From Vicinamibacterales bacterium (GTDB lineage: Bacteria > Acidobacteriota > Vicinamibacteria > Vicinamibacterales > SCN-69-37): 59,488 nt of DNA. Under the pieces are notes generated by a model, which saw nothing but the letters and a program-made list of their open reading frames with translations, was not told the DNA's origin and searched no databases. How positions within the stretch are numbered: the stretch's first letter is position 1; each line of letters begins with the position of its first letter. This document shows positions 28,860-38,700 of this stretch, one piece after another. The DNA lies in contig DASUGM010000304.1 of NCBI GenBank assembly GCA_036274055.1, positions 1-59,488 on the forward strand. The letters run 5' to 3'. The position numbers and the translations under genes are program-made.

Positions 28860-29585
28860 ATGGCGACGCTGCGGACAGAACAGCTCACCAAGTCATTCGG
28901 CGGGCGCACCGTGGTGCGCAACGTCAGCCTCGACGTCTCGTCCGGCGAAGTCGTCGGCTTGCTCGGCCCCAACGGCGCCGGCAAGACGACGACGTTCGGG
29001 ATGGTCGTCGGCCTGACCGGCCCCGACTCGGGACGCGTGCTGCTCGATGACCTCGACGTCACCTCGGACCCGATGTACATCCGCGCCCGCAAGGGCATCG
29101 GTTACCTGCCGCAGGAAGCCTCGATTTTCCGGGGCCTGACCGTCGAGCAGAACATCCTGGCGATCCTCGAGACCCTGTCGATCGACGGCGCGACGCGGCG
29201 GGCACGGCTCGCCGAGCTGCTCTCGGAGCTGAACCTGACGCCGCTGGCGCGGTCGAAGGCCTACACCTTGTCCGGCGGCGAACGCCGGCGCGTCGAGATC
29301 ACCCGCGCGCTCGTCAACCGGCCGCAGTTCATGCTCCTCGACGAGCCGTTTGCCGGCATCGACCCGATCGCGGTCTCGGACATTCAGAAAATCGTCGTCC
29401 ACCTCAAGGATCGCGGCATCGGCGTCCTGGTCACCGACCACAACGTCCGCGAAACACTGAAAATCACCGATCGCGCCTACATCGTGCACGATGGCGTGAT
29501 CTTCAAGAGCGGCACCCCGGGGAGCCTGGCGGCCGACGAGGAAGTCAAGCGTATTTATCTCGGGGCCGATTTCCGGTTGGACTAA
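28860..29585 (+). CDS. lptB: LPS export ABC transporter ATP-binding protein LptB
   Basis: Walker [10 protein letters not shown], signature LSGGERRR, Walker B MLLDEP. Conserved lptB-rpoN synteny. Confidence 0.9.
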   Translation: MATLRTEQLTKSFGGRTVVRNVSLDVSSGEVVGLLGPNGAGKTTTFGMVVGLTGPDSGRVLLDDLDVTSDPMYIRARKGIGYLPQEASIFRGLTVEQNILAILETLSIDGATRRARLAELLSELNLTPLARSKAYTLSGGERRRVEITRALVNRPQFMLLDEPFAGIDPIAVSDIQKIVVHLKDRGIGVLVTDHNVRETLKITDRAYIVHDGVIFKSGTPGSLAADEEVKRIYLGADFRLD

Positions 29586-29623
29586 AGCCGGATAAGATTG
29601 AGGTCGGGACAAGACACGGACGC

Positions 29624-31054
29624 ATGGCGATTCAGCAGAAACTCCACGCGCGGCTGGTTCAGAAGCTCATCCTGACGCCGTCTCTGCAGCAGGCAATCAA
29701 GCTGCTGCCGATGACGACGGTCGAGCTGGCCGAATTGCTGAACCAGGAAATGGTCGAGAACCCGATGCTCGAAGAGGTTCCGACCGAAGAGACCGCCCAG
29801 GATCCGGCGCAGGTCGCCGAGCAGGCCGAAGTCGACAAGCAGGCCGAGAAAAAGAAGGAAGATTCCTGGGACGATCAGGATTACGAGTACTTTTTCGGCG
29901 AGTACCTCGACGACGGCTACCGCCCGCGCCAGCCGCAGGAAGTCAAAGAGCTACCGCCGATCGAGAACACGCTGTCCTCGAAGGGCTCGCTCGCCGACCA
30001 CTTGACCTGGCAGCTGAACCTGCAGGCCGCCGACGACACCACCCGCGAGATCGGCATCGCCATCATCGGCAACATCGACGACGACGGCTACCTCGTCGCG
30101 TCGGTCAACGAAATCGCGCAACTCGGAGAATGGGACGTCTCCCAGGTCGAAAAAGCGCTCGAGCACGTCCAGGGCTTCGATCCGATCGGCGTCGGCGCCC
30201 GCGACCTCCAGGAATGCCTGCTGCTGCAGCTGCGCCACCACGGATTCGGCGGGACGCCGGTCGAGACGCTGGTGCGCGACCATTTGCGCCTGCTTCAGCA
30301 CAACAAGATCCTCGAGCTCGCCAAGGCGCTCAACTGCGAGCCTGAAGAGATCAAGGCGCACCTCGACGTCATCAAGCACCTCGATCCGAAGCCGGGCTCG
30401 CGTTACAGCCCGTCGGATTCGCAGTACGTCATCCCCGACGTCTACATCATCAAGACCGACGAGGGCTACAAGGCGGTGCTCAACGAAGACGGCCTGCCGC
30501 AGCTCCGCATCAGTCCGGTCTACCGTCGCCTGCTCGACAAGAGCGGGGAGAACTCGGACGAAACCCGGGCCTACGTCAAAGACAAATTCAAGTCGGCGCT
30601 GTGGCTGCTCAAGTCGGTCGACCAGCGGCAGAAGACGATCCTGAAAGTCGCGACCAGCATCATCACGTTCCAACGCGCCTTTCTCGACAGCGGCATCGAG
30701 CATCTGCGGCCGCTGGTCCTGCGCGACGTCGCCAACGACATCGGCATGCACGAGTCGACGGTCTCGCGCGTCGTCAACAACAAGTACATGCACACGCCGC
30801 AGGGTGTGTTCGAACTGAAGTACTTCTTTCACAGCGGCATCAGCAGTTCGTTCGGCGAGAGCGTCTCGTCGGTGACGATCAAGCAGCGGATCCGCAAGAT
30901 CATCGAAGCCGAGGACGCCAAGCGTCCGCTCAGCGACTCGAAGATCATGAACATTCTCCAGAAGGAAGGCCTCGTGCTGGCGCGACGCACGATCGCCAAG
31001 TATCGGGAAGAGCTCAAGATTCCGACGTCGAACCAGCGCAAAGTAATGTTCTGA
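29624..31054 (+). CDS. rpoN: RNA polymerase sigma-54 factor
   Basis: N-terminal LTPSLQQAIKLL, C-terminal RpoN box ARRTIAKYRE. Confidence 0.95.
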   Translation: MAIQQKLHARLVQKLILTPSLQQAIKLLPMTTVELAELLNQEMVENPMLEEVPTEETAQDPAQVAEQAEVDKQAEKKKEDSWDDQDYEYFFGEYLDDGYRPRQPQEVKELPPIENTLSSKGSLADHLTWQLNLQAADDTTREIGIAIIGNIDDDGYLVASVNEIAQLGEWDVSQVEKALEHVQGFDPIGVGARDLQECLLLQLRHHGFGGTPVETLVRDHLRLLQHNKILELAKALNCEPEEIKAHLDVIKHLDPKPGSRYSPSDSQYVIPDVYIIKTDEGYKAVLNEDGLPQLRISPVYRRLLDKSGENSDETRAYVKDKFKSALWLLKSVDQRQKTILKVATSIITFQRAFLDSGIEHLRPLVLRDVANDIGMHESTVSRVVNNKYMHTPQGVFELKYFFHSGISSSFGESVSSVTIKQRIRKIIEAEDAKRPLSDSKIMNILQKEGLVLARRTIAKYREELKIPTSNQRKVMF

Positions 31055-31109
31055 TCGGCGCGCGTCGACGGGCAGGGCCGGACAGCTATCTCCAAGCACT
31101 GGCTGACAG

Positions 31110-31490
31110 ATGACACTCACGGTCACGGGTAAACAAGTCAACGTCACGGCGAGCATCCGCGAGCAGATCGCCCGCAAGCTGCGCCGGATCGGGCGCCGGC
31201 TGAACGACAGCATCGTCTCGGTCGCGTGCGTGCTGACGGTCGAACGTCAGCAGGCGGTCTGTGAAATGACCCTGCACGCCCGTGGCGACCACATGCTCCA
31301 CGGCATCGGCCGTCATAACGAGATGCGCGGCGCGATTGCGGCGGCGTTCGTCAAGGTCGAGCATCAGGCCCAGAAGCTCGCCGACAAATGGAAGACGCGC
31401 CGCAAGACCCGGCTGCCGGTAACCCGGCCGTCGCGGCCCGCCCCGGCCGAGCCGGCGGCGGCGGCACGGCGTCGGCGGACGCGAGGGTAG
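31110..31490 (+). CDS. hpf: ribosome hibernation promoting factor / RaiA family
   Basis: 126 aa with MTLTVTGKQVNVTASIREQI. Lies directly after rpoN. Confidence 0.85.
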   Translation: MTLTVTGKQVNVTASIREQIARKLRRIGRRLNDSIVSVACVLTVERQQAVCEMTLHARGDHMLHGIGRHNEMRGAIAAAFVKVEHQAQKLADKWKTRRKTRLPVTRPSRPAPAEPAAAARRRRTRG

Positions 31491-31494
31491 CTCG

Positions 31495-32472
31495 GTGACA
31501 GGCGGCGTCAGTGTCGGCGCCCTGGTCGGCGCGCGTGGCGCCGCCAACGGCCTCGATCTCGACGTGCTGGCCGGCGCCGCCGGGCTCGAACGCCGGATCA
31601 CGCTGCCGTACATCCAGAAAACCGGGCTCGCGGTCGCCGGCTTCGACGAATACCTGCGCAGCGGTCGCGTCCTGGTCTTCGGCGAAAGCGAGATCCGGTT
31701 TCTCGAACGGCTGTCGCAGCCCGAACGCGCCCAGGCGCTGCGGCGGCTGTTCACCCGCGATTTGCCGTGCGTGCTGATTACGACCGCGCTCGACGGCCCC
31801 GTCGAGCTCGCCTCGGAGGCGGAGCGCGCCGGCGTGCCGCTGTTGCGCACGGCGCTGTCGACGCCGATCGCGATCGCGCGGCTGACCAACCTGCTCGAGG
31901 ACCATCTGGCGCCGAGTGAGATCCGCCACGGCGTCCTGCTCGACATTCTCGGCCTCGGCGTGCTGCTCACCGGGGAAAGCGGCATCGGCAAAAGCGAGTG
32001 CGCCATCGATCTCGTCGTCCGCGGCCACCGGCTGGTGGCCGACGACACGGTCGAGATCCGCTGTCGCGGCGAGGCCATCCTGATCGGCACGTGCCCGGAG
32101 CTGACCCGGCACCACGTCGAGATTCGCGGGCTCGGCCTGGTCAACGTCACCGATCTGTTCGGCGTCTCGGCGACGCGCGCCTCGAAGCGCGTCGAGCTCG
32201 TCGTTCATCTGGAACGCTGGGAGTCAGGCCGCGAGTACGACCGGCTCGGCATCGAATCCTCGGCGGTCGGCATCCTCGGCGTCCAAGTCCCGTGCGTGAC
32301 GATGCCGGTCGCGCCGGGACGGAACCTCGCGATGCTCGTCGAAGTGGCGGCGCGCAATCAGCTGCTGCGCTCGCGCGGCCGGCATGCGGCGCGGCTGCTC
32401 GCCGAGCGGCTTGAACGCCAGCTCGAGCGCCTCGCCGATCGCGACGACGATCCGGAGGCCGACGGTCTGTGA
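31495..32472 (+). CDS. hprK: HPr kinase/phosphorylase
   Basis: P-loop GESGIGKSECAIDLVVRGHRLVADD, then EIRGLGLVNV. Confidence 0.9.
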   Translation: MTGGVSVGALVGARGAANGLDLDVLAGAAGLERRITLPYIQKTGLAVAGFDEYLRSGRVLVFGESEIRFLERLSQPERAQALRRLFTRDLPCVLITTALDGPVELASEAERAGVPLLRTALSTPIAIARLTNLLEDHLAPSEIRHGVLLDILGLGVLLTGESGIGKSECAIDLVVRGHRLVADDTVEIRCRGEAILIGTCPELTRHHVEIRGLGLVNVTDLFGVSATRASKRVELVVHLERWESGREYDRLGIESSAVGILGVQVPCVTMPVAPGRNLAMLVEVAARNQLLRSRGRHAARLLAERLERQLERLADRDDDPEADGL

Positions 32473-33377
32473 GCGCCCGCAAGCGCTCCGCGGTCAAGCT
32501 CGGGCCCAAGGCGGCGGCCTTTGTCGTCGTCACCGGCCTTTCGGGAGCGGGGAAGTCGCACGCGATTCGTGCCCTCGAAGACCTCGGCTATTTCTGCGTC
32601 GACAACCTGCCGGTCGCGTTGATCCCGACGTTCGCGGATCTGACGCTCAACCCGCGCGGGGAAATGCGCCGCGCCGCGGTCGTCGTCGACGTCCGTGAAG
32701 GCAGCGGCCTGGCTCGGTTCCCAACCGTCTACAAGGCGCTCAAGCGGCGCGCGCCCGATCAGATTCGGCTGGTCTTCCTCGACGCCGCTGACGCCGCGCT
32801 GGTCCGGCGCTTCAGCGAAACGCGGCGGCCGCATCCGCTCGGCGACGATCGCTCGGTGAGCGAGAGCATCGCCGAGGAGCGCCGGCGGCTGCAGCCGATG
32901 CGCCGGCTGGCGGATCAAGTGCTCGACACCAGCGCGCTGACGGTGCACGAGCTGCGCCGGCGGATTCTCGAATCGACCGGCGGCGCCGAGACCGTCACGC
33001 CGCTCGTCGTCACGATCATGAGCTTCGGCTTCCGCCGCGGCGTGCCGCCCGACGCCGATCTCGTCTTCGACGTGCGCTTCCTTCCCAATCCGCACTTTGT
33101 GACCTCGCTGCGGCCGTGGAGCGGCCGTCATGCGCGCGTCGCCAACTTCGTGCTGCGCGCGCCGGCGGCAGGAAAGTTCCTCCGCCTCACCACCGGACTG
33201 CTGAAGTTCCTGCTGCCGCAGTACATCGCCGAGGGCAAGACCTACCTGACGATTGCAATCGGCTGCACCGGCGGCCGCCATCGATCGGTGGCGCTCGCCG
33301 AAGCGCTGGGCCGGCGGCTGCGGAAAGCGCGCGGCATCCAGTTGCGCGTCCGTCACCGCGACGTCGCGGAGGAATAG
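32469..33377 (+). CDS. rapZ: RNase adapter protein RapZ (YhbJ)
   Basis: VVVTGLSGAGKSHAIRALEDLGYFCVDNLP and C-terminal GCTGGRHRSV. GTGA overlap with hprK. Confidence 0.9.
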   Translation: MSARKRSAVKLGPKAAAFVVVTGLSGAGKSHAIRALEDLGYFCVDNLPVALIPTFADLTLNPRGEMRRAAVVVDVREGSGLARFPTVYKALKRRAPDQIRLVFLDAADAALVRRFSETRRPHPLGDDRSVSESIAEERRRLQPMRRLADQVLDTSALTVHELRRRILESTGGAETVTPLVVTIMSFGFRRGVPPDADLVFDVRFLPNPHFVTSLRPWSGRHARVANFVLRAPAAGKFLRLTTGLLKFLLPQYIAEGKTYLTIAIGCTGGRHRSVALAEALGRRLRKARGIQLRVRHRDVAEE

Positions 33378-33388
33378 AGGGTTCGCCG

Positions 33389-33826
33389 ATGACATCCGAC
33401 CTGGCGATTGGCGTCGTCGTCGTCACTCACGGGCAGCTCGCGACCGAGTTGCTCAACGCCGCCGAGATGATCGTCGGCGACCTGCCGCGTTTCGCCGCGG
33501 TGTCGATCGGCTGGCATGACGACGTCAACGTCGCGCGCGAGGCGATTCAGCGCGCGGTCGCGCGCGTCGATCAGGGCGCCGGAGTGCTGGTGTTGACCGA
33601 CATGTTCGGCGGCACGCCATCGAACCTGGGGTTGTCGCTGCTCGAGGCGGGCCGGGTCGAGGTCGTCACCGGCGTCAACCTGCCGATGCTGATCAAGCTG
33701 GCGCGCGCGGAGGCGGGGGATCTGCTGGCGATCGCCCGGCAATTGTGCGACCACGGCCGCGCCGCGATTCGCGTCGCTTCCGAGCTGCTGCGCGCCGATC
33801 GCGAATCCGGGGGCCGCGACACGTGA
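33389..33826 (+). CDS. PTS EIIA component, mannose/fructose family
   Basis: GVVVVTHGQLA (phospho-His region) and TDMFGGTPSN. Confidence 0.8.
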   Translation: MTSDLAIGVVVVTHGQLATELLNAAEMIVGDLPRFAAVSIGWHDDVNVAREAIQRAVARVDQGAGVLVLTDMFGGTPSNLGLSLLEAGRVEVVTGVNLPMLIKLARAEAGDLLAIARQLCDHGRAAIRVASELLRADRESGGRDT

Positions 33827-34089
33827 TCGCGCGCGAGATCCCGATCGTCAACCCACTTGGCCTGCACGCGCGCGCGGCGGCGCGCTTCGTCAAGCTTGCC
33901 GGCGGCTTCCGCAGCCAGATCAAGGTCACACATCGCGCCCGGACGGTCGACGGCAAGAGCATCCTCGGCCTGCTGCTCCTCGCCGCGGCGCGTGGATCGA
34001 CGGTTACCGTCGCCGCCGACGGCCCGGACGAGACCGGCGCGCTCGATGCGCTGGCGGACCTCGCCGCGCGCGGCTTCGAGGACGCATGA
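33823..34089 (+). CDS. ptsH: HPr family phosphocarrier protein
   Basis: NPLGLHARAAA (His15 region) and DGKSILGLL (Ser46 region). GTG start overlaps the EIIA stop. Confidence 0.85.
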   Translation: MIAREIPIVNPLGLHARAAARFVKLAGGFRSQIKVTHRARTVDGKSILGLLLLAAARGSTVTVAADGPDETGALDALADLAARGFEDA

Positions 34090-35834
34090 TCAAGCTCACC
34101 GGCCGCGGCGTCGCCCCCGGGGTGGCGGTCGGCCGCGCCGTTGTCGCGGTCCGCGAAGCCCGCCAGGTCCGCTACCGGCTCGCGACCAGCGGCGTCGATC
34201 GTGAGCGGCAGCGGCTTCGCGCCGCCAAGGAGCGCACCCGCGTCGAACTGGAAGAGATCTCGACGCGGATCTCGCGCACCGTCGGGCACGCGCAGGCGGC
34301 GATCTTCGCCGCGCAGTTGCTGATGCTCGACGACCCGATGCTGACGCGCCGCGCTGACGAGCTGATCCGCAGCGAGAAGATCAACGCCGACTGGGCGCTC
34401 GAGCGCGCGATGCAGGAACTGCACGAAGTGTTCGCGCGCGAGGGCGACGCCTGGCTGCGCGAGCGCGTCGGCGACCTCGCCGACGTCGGCGGACGGCTGC
34501 TGCGCAACCTGCGGCCGGGCCGCGATCCGATCGTCGATCTCGTCCTCGAGCTCGAGCCGCCGGTGATTCTCGTCGCCGACGAGCTGCCGCCGTCGGCGGC
34601 GGCGCAGATCGACTGGACCCGGGTTCGCGGCCTGGTGTGCGACATCGGCAGCCCGACGCATCACACCGTCATCCTGGTGCGATCGCTCGGCGTCCCGGCG
34701 GTCGTCGGCCTCGGCGGCGCGACGCAGGTGATTCTGCCCGGCCAGACGGTGGCGCTCGACGGCGCCACCGGCGAGGTGGTCAGCGAGCCGTCGGAGGACG
34801 CGCTCGAGCGCTGGCAGCAGCGCGCGCAGATCCAGCTCGCCGGCATCCGCGCCCTCGAGGACCTGCGCGAGCAGCCGGCCGCCACCGCCGACGGCGTGCG
34901 CATCCGCCTCGACGCGAATCTGGAGATCGCCGAGGAAGTCGCGCGCGTCCGCGACGCCGGCGCCGAGGGCATTGGCCTCTACCGCAGCGAGTTCCTGCTC
35001 GACGCCGCGCATCCCGACGCGTCGAGCGAAGACGCGCAGTACGAGACCTATCGCGCCCTGCTCGCGGCGATGAACCCGCTACCGGTGACGATTCGCACCT
35101 TCGACGCGGGAGAAGATCGCTGGGTGGTGACCCCGCGCGCCGGCGGCCATCGCGAGCGCTTCGGCCTGCGCGGGATTCGCGCCGCGCTGCAGCACGACGA
35201 TCGCTTCCGCCAGCAGATCCGGGCGCTGCTGCGCGCCGCCGACGCGGGGACGCTGCGCATCCTGCTGCCGTTCGTCTCGTCGGCCGCCGAGATGCAGCGC
35301 GCCCGGGACCTGATCGACGAAATCGCCCGCGAGATGCGGGCCGACGTCCGCGTCCCGATTGGCGCGATGATCGAAGTGCCGGCAGCGGCGCTGACCGTCG
35401 ATCACCTGGCGCGCTGCGCCGACTTTCTCAGCGTCGGCACCAACGACCTGATCCAGTACACTCTCGCGGTGGACCGCACCGATGAACGCCTGGCCGGGCA
35501 CTACGAACCGGCATCGCCGGCGGTGCTGCGGCTGCTGCGGACGATTGCCGGCGCGTCGCGCCGCGCCGGTTGCGATCTCTCGGTGTGCGGAGAGATGGCC
35601 GCCGATCCGCTGCTGGTCGCGCTGCTCGTCGGTCTCGGGTTCCGCAAGTTCAGCATGACCCCGGCCGCGATTCCCGTCGTCAAAAGGGGACTGACGACGT
35701 TGCATACGCGCGACGCCGCGGTCGCGGCCCGCCACGCGCTGCGCGCGACTACCGCCGAGGACGTGCACGCGATCCTCGCGCCGATCGCCGACGCCATGCA
35801 CCGCGCCGCGGTCAGCCACGGCGCGCCCAATTGA
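34086..35834 (+). CDS. ptsI: phosphoenolpyruvate-protein phosphotransferase (Enzyme I)
   Basis: 582 aa. GSPTHHTVILVRSLGVPAV phospho-His region and a PEP-utilising C-terminal domain (FLSVGTNDLIQYTLAVDR). Confidence 0.93.
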   Translation: MIKLTGRGVAPGVAVGRAVVAVREARQVRYRLATSGVDRERQRLRAAKERTRVELEEISTRISRTVGHAQAAIFAAQLLMLDDPMLTRRADELIRSEKINADWALERAMQELHEVFAREGDAWLRERVGDLADVGGRLLRNLRPGRDPIVDLVLELEPPVILVADELPPSAAAQIDWTRVRGLVCDIGSPTHHTVILVRSLGVPAVVGLGGATQVILPGQTVALDGATGEVVSEPSEDALERWQQRAQIQLAGIRALEDLREQPAATADGVRIRLDANLEIAEEVARVRDAGAEGIGLYRSEFLLDAAHPDASSEDAQYETYRALLAAMNPLPVTIRTFDAGEDRWVVTPRAGGHRERFGLRGIRAALQHDDRFRQQIRALLRAADAGTLRILLPFVSSAAEMQRARDLIDEIAREMRADVRVPIGAMIEVPAAALTVDHLARCADFLSVGTNDLIQYTLAVDRTDERLAGHYEPASPAVLRLLRTIAGASRRAGCDLSVCGEMAADPLLVALLVGLGFRKFSMTPAAIPVVKRGLTTLHTRDAAVAARHALRATTAEDVHAILAPIADAMHRAAVSHGAPN

Positions 35835-35865
35835 ACCGCTTTGGAACGAGGGCAGGAGCCAGTCG

Positions 35866-36222
35866 ATGAACGACGTGACACGAGTAGACAAACCCTGGGG
35901 CTACGAGCTCCACTGGGCGAAGACCGACCGCTACGTGGGCAAGCTGATCCACATCAACAAGGGCCACGCGCTCAGCTTGCAGTACCACAACCAGAAGGAC
36001 GAGACGATCTTCCTCTGGTCAGGCAAGATGCTGTTCGAGATCGAAATCAATGGCGAGCTGACCAAACGCGAGATGCAACCCGGCGAGTCCATCCATGTGG
36101 CGCCGCCGACGGTGCATCGAATGACCGCGCTCGAGGACTGCGACGTCTTCGAAGTCTCGACGCCCGAGCTGCACGACGTGGTCCGGCTCGAAGATCGCTA
36201 CGGGCGCTCGGACAAGAAATAG
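35866..36222 (+). CDS. cupin domain protein (type II phosphomannose isomerase C-terminal-like)
   Basis: KPWGYELHW ... LSLQYHNQKDETIF ... HRM cupin motifs. Confidence 0.7.
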   Translation: MNDVTRVDKPWGYELHWAKTDRYVGKLIHINKGHALSLQYHNQKDETIFLWSGKMLFEIEINGELTKREMQPGESIHVAPPTVHRMTALEDCDVFEVSTPELHDVVRLEDRYGRSDKK

Positions 36223-36238
36223 GCCGACAATATTTTCA

Positions 36239-36423
36239 GTACTTCGGGTACTTCGGGTACGCGGGGTACTTCGGGTACGCGGAACGAGGCTTCGCCGGGC
36301 TCACTTTCTCCACAGGTACTCTGACCGGGATCTCAGTCGCAGTACCTGTTGAGGAAAGTAGGCCCGGCGGAGCCTCGTTCCGCGTACCCGAAGTACCCCG
36401 CGTACCCGAAGTACCCGGAGTAC
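36239..36423. repeat. 185-nt near-perfect inverted repeat (rod hairpin) built from 9-mer words GTACTTCGG / GTACGCGGG
   Basis: Position x pairs with 72662-x over 36239-36300 / 36362-36423. The only exceptions are two T:G positions. Further inner pairing extends to a small loop near 36325-36332. Confidence 0.9.
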
Positions 36424-36438
36424 CAGACAGGTTTCCGC

Positions 36439-38193
36439 TTACTGTTCAGCCGCCCAGAACACCGCGCGCAGCAGCAGGCCCAACTCGCGCTGATCGGGAT
36501 TGCCCGGCTGCTCGCGTGCCGGCGAAAACGTCGCCGTCGTTGTCAACCGCAGTTCGTTGTCGCCGGCACCGCGCGAGAGCACGACCCATGCCCGCGTGGT
36601 CTCTTCTTCGGTCGGCCGGAGGCGATCGAGCACGACGCCGTTGAAGGACACCTCGATCGTCGGCGCAGCACGCAGGATTGCCGGGGGCAGGTGGAAGGCG
36701 ATCGTCAGTCGCCCACGCTTGACCGACCCGGGGAAGGTGATCTCGCCAGACCGTCCCATCCAGCGAAAGGTGTCGGTGTCGCGCCCTTCTCGTCCGTACC
36801 AGCCGTCGAGATATCGGATCTGCTCGGACTCGCGGACCGAGACGGTGAAGTTCCGCTGCCGGAGCACGCGCCATAACTGATCGTGGGGCCACTGGAACGT
36901 CACACCGGACGGCGCCGGCTCGCCGTCCATGACCCACGACTTCTCCTCGAGCAGCGGCACCTCCGCCGGGTGTTTGAAGATGCGCAGGTCGTAATCCTGT
37001 AACTGCCAGAATCCGTGAGGTCGAAACGCGTCCTGCACGTAAACGACCGAAGACGGCGGCAGGTGAGCGCCCACCCACTGCATCGCCGCGACCGGCGGCG
37101 AATCCGACCCGGCCTGTAACCGCACCGCCGGCCACGTCCAGGCGGCGAAGGCGGCAATCAGCACCGTGCTCGCGCCGGCGAAGAGCCGGGGGCGGTACAG
37201 CGTCAGGGCCGCGAGGCCGTCGGCGGCCAGCAGGGCATGCATCGGCAGATAGGCGATTGAGTAGCGGCCCCGCGTCGAGACGTCGAGCATGAGCCACGAG
37301 AAGATCGCGATCGGCAGGAACGTGATCAGCGTCAGCCACGGCGGTGTTCGCCGCTGCGTCGCAGCCACGATCAGCGACAACAGCGCGAGGCCGAGCAGCG
37401 CCGTCATCTGCTGCCACTGTCCGAACGGACGCGCCAGGAACGTCCACGCCACTTCATAGAGCGGCGGCCTGGTGGCGCTCTGAAACGAGTCCACGTCGCG
37501 GACCCACTGACTCTGGCCCCGCAACGCGTCGAGATAGTCGGCGACCGAAGTCGATCCCAGTGCGGCACCGAGATAGCTGGCGAACACGATCACGCCACCG
37601 ATGGCGATCGCCGTCGCCACCGCGGCGAATCGGCGCGCCCTGAGCTGAGCCGTAGCGCCAAAGACGGCCGGCACGGCGCCCATCAGCAGGCTGGCCGGCC
37701 GAATGCCGCCGGCGATCCCCAGCAGGGCCGCGCCGGCCACCAGCGCGCGCGGATGGCGCCGGCCGCGCAGCAGCAACCCGCTTGCGGCGATGGCGGCCAC
37801 GGCGCCGGGCAGGTCGCTGAGCGCGGTGCCGCCGTAGACCCAGACGTTGGGCAGGAAGGCGAACAGCGCCGCGCCGCTGATCGCGACGGCGAACGGCAAG
37901 CCCAGCTCGAGCGCCAGCCACGCGACGGCCGGGAAGACGAGCATCGCGCCCGCGGTCACGGCCGTCTGCAGCGATCGGAACTCGGACGCGACCAGGAGAT
38001 GAACCCCCTTGGCCGCGAGAACGAACAGCGGATATCCGGGCGGATGCGGCGACAGGCCGACGTTGTAGTCGAGGACGCCGCGCATGAACAGCACTTCGTC
38101 CCAGTCGAAAAACGAGTGCGCGATCGCGGCGAGCCGCGTCAGCGCAATCAGCACCGCGATGACGACGAAGATGCGCGTCTGGCGCGTCGTCAC
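36439..38193 (-). CDS. GT-C fold glycosyltransferase, family 39-like (ArnT/PMT type), with an extra C-terminal soluble domain
   Basis: N-terminal FDWDEVLF acidic motif after TM1, about 11 predicted TM helices, and a C-terminal beta-rich region. Confidence 0.7.
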   Translation of the reverse strand: MTTRQTRIFVVIAVLIALTRLAAIAHSFFDWDEVLFMRGVLDYNVGLSPHPPGYPLFVLAAKGVHLLVASEFRSLQTAVTAGAMLVFPAVAWLALELGLPFAVAISGAALFAFLPNVWVYGGTALSDLPGAVAAIAASGLLLRGRRHPRALVAGAALLGIAGGIRPASLLMGAVPAVFGATAQLRARRFAAVATAIAIGGVIVFASYLGAALGSTSVADYLDALRGQSQWVRDVDSFQSATRPPLYEVAWTFLARPFGQWQQMTALLGLALLSLIVAATQRRTPPWLTLITFLPIAIFSWLMLDVSTRGRYSIAYLPMHALLAADGLAALTLYRPRLFAGASTVLIAAFAAWTWPAVRLQAGSDSPPVAAMQWVGAHLPPSSVVYVQDAFRPHGFWQLQDYDLRIFKHPAEVPLLEEKSWVMDGEPAPSGVTFQWPHDQLWRVLRQRNFTVSVRESEQIRYLDGWYGREGRDTDTFRWMGRSGEITFPGSVKRGRLTIAFHLPPAILRAAPTIEVSFNGVVLDRLRPTEEETTRAWVVLSRGAGDNELRLTTTATFSPAREQPGNPDQRELGLLLRAVFWAAEQ

Positions 38194-38208
38194 GGCATCG
38201 CGGCGGGG

Positions 38209-38652
38209 TTAGAACGGAATGTCGTCATCGTGCGGCGCGTCGACAGCCGCCATGTCCGCCGGCGCGTGATCCGACGTCGCCGACTCGGCGTAGCCGCCGC
38301 GGGCACGCTGACCGCCGCCGCCTCCGCCGCCGAGCAGCACGATCTTGTCGGCCTTGATCTCCGTCGTCTTCTGCTTGGTGCCGTCCTTGGCGTCCCATTC
38401 GCGAGTCTGGATGCGGCCCTCGACGTAGATCTGCTTGCCCTTGGTCAGATACTCGTGCAGCGACTCCGCGGTTTTGCCCCAGATCACGATCCGGTGCCAC
38501 TGCGTGTCTTCTTTCTTCTGTCCCTCACGGTCGGTGAATTTCTCGGTCGTCGCGAGGCTGACAGTCGCGACCGGCGTGCCGCCGGCGGTGAATCGAATCT
38601 CTGCATCCCGGCCGAGATTGCCGACCAGGATGGCCTTGTTGACGCTGCCCAT
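38209..38652 (-). CDS. ssb: single-stranded DNA-binding protein
   Basis: NKAILVGNLGRDAEIR OB fold, Gly-rich linker, acidic tail DDDIPF. Confidence 0.95.
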   Translation of the reverse strand: MGSVNKAILVGNLGRDAEIRFTAGGTPVATVSLATTEKFTDREGQKKEDTQWHRIVIWGKTAESLHEYLTKGKQIYVEGRIQTREWDAKDGTKQKTTEIKADKIVLLGGGGGGGQRARGGYAESATSDHAPADMAAVDAPHDDDIPF

Positions 38653-38700
38653 CGGGGAGTCCTTCTTCAGTCTTCGGTCTGTGTGATTCGGAGGCGGCGG

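Noticed and set aside
36239-36300. Possible CRISPR array, suggested by the tandem short repeats here and at 2108-2181 and 48931-48967.
   Set aside because: The units are 7-9 nt and directly abut each other with no spacers. Each array is mirrored by a reverse-complement arm. No cas genes are present. This is not CRISPR architecture.
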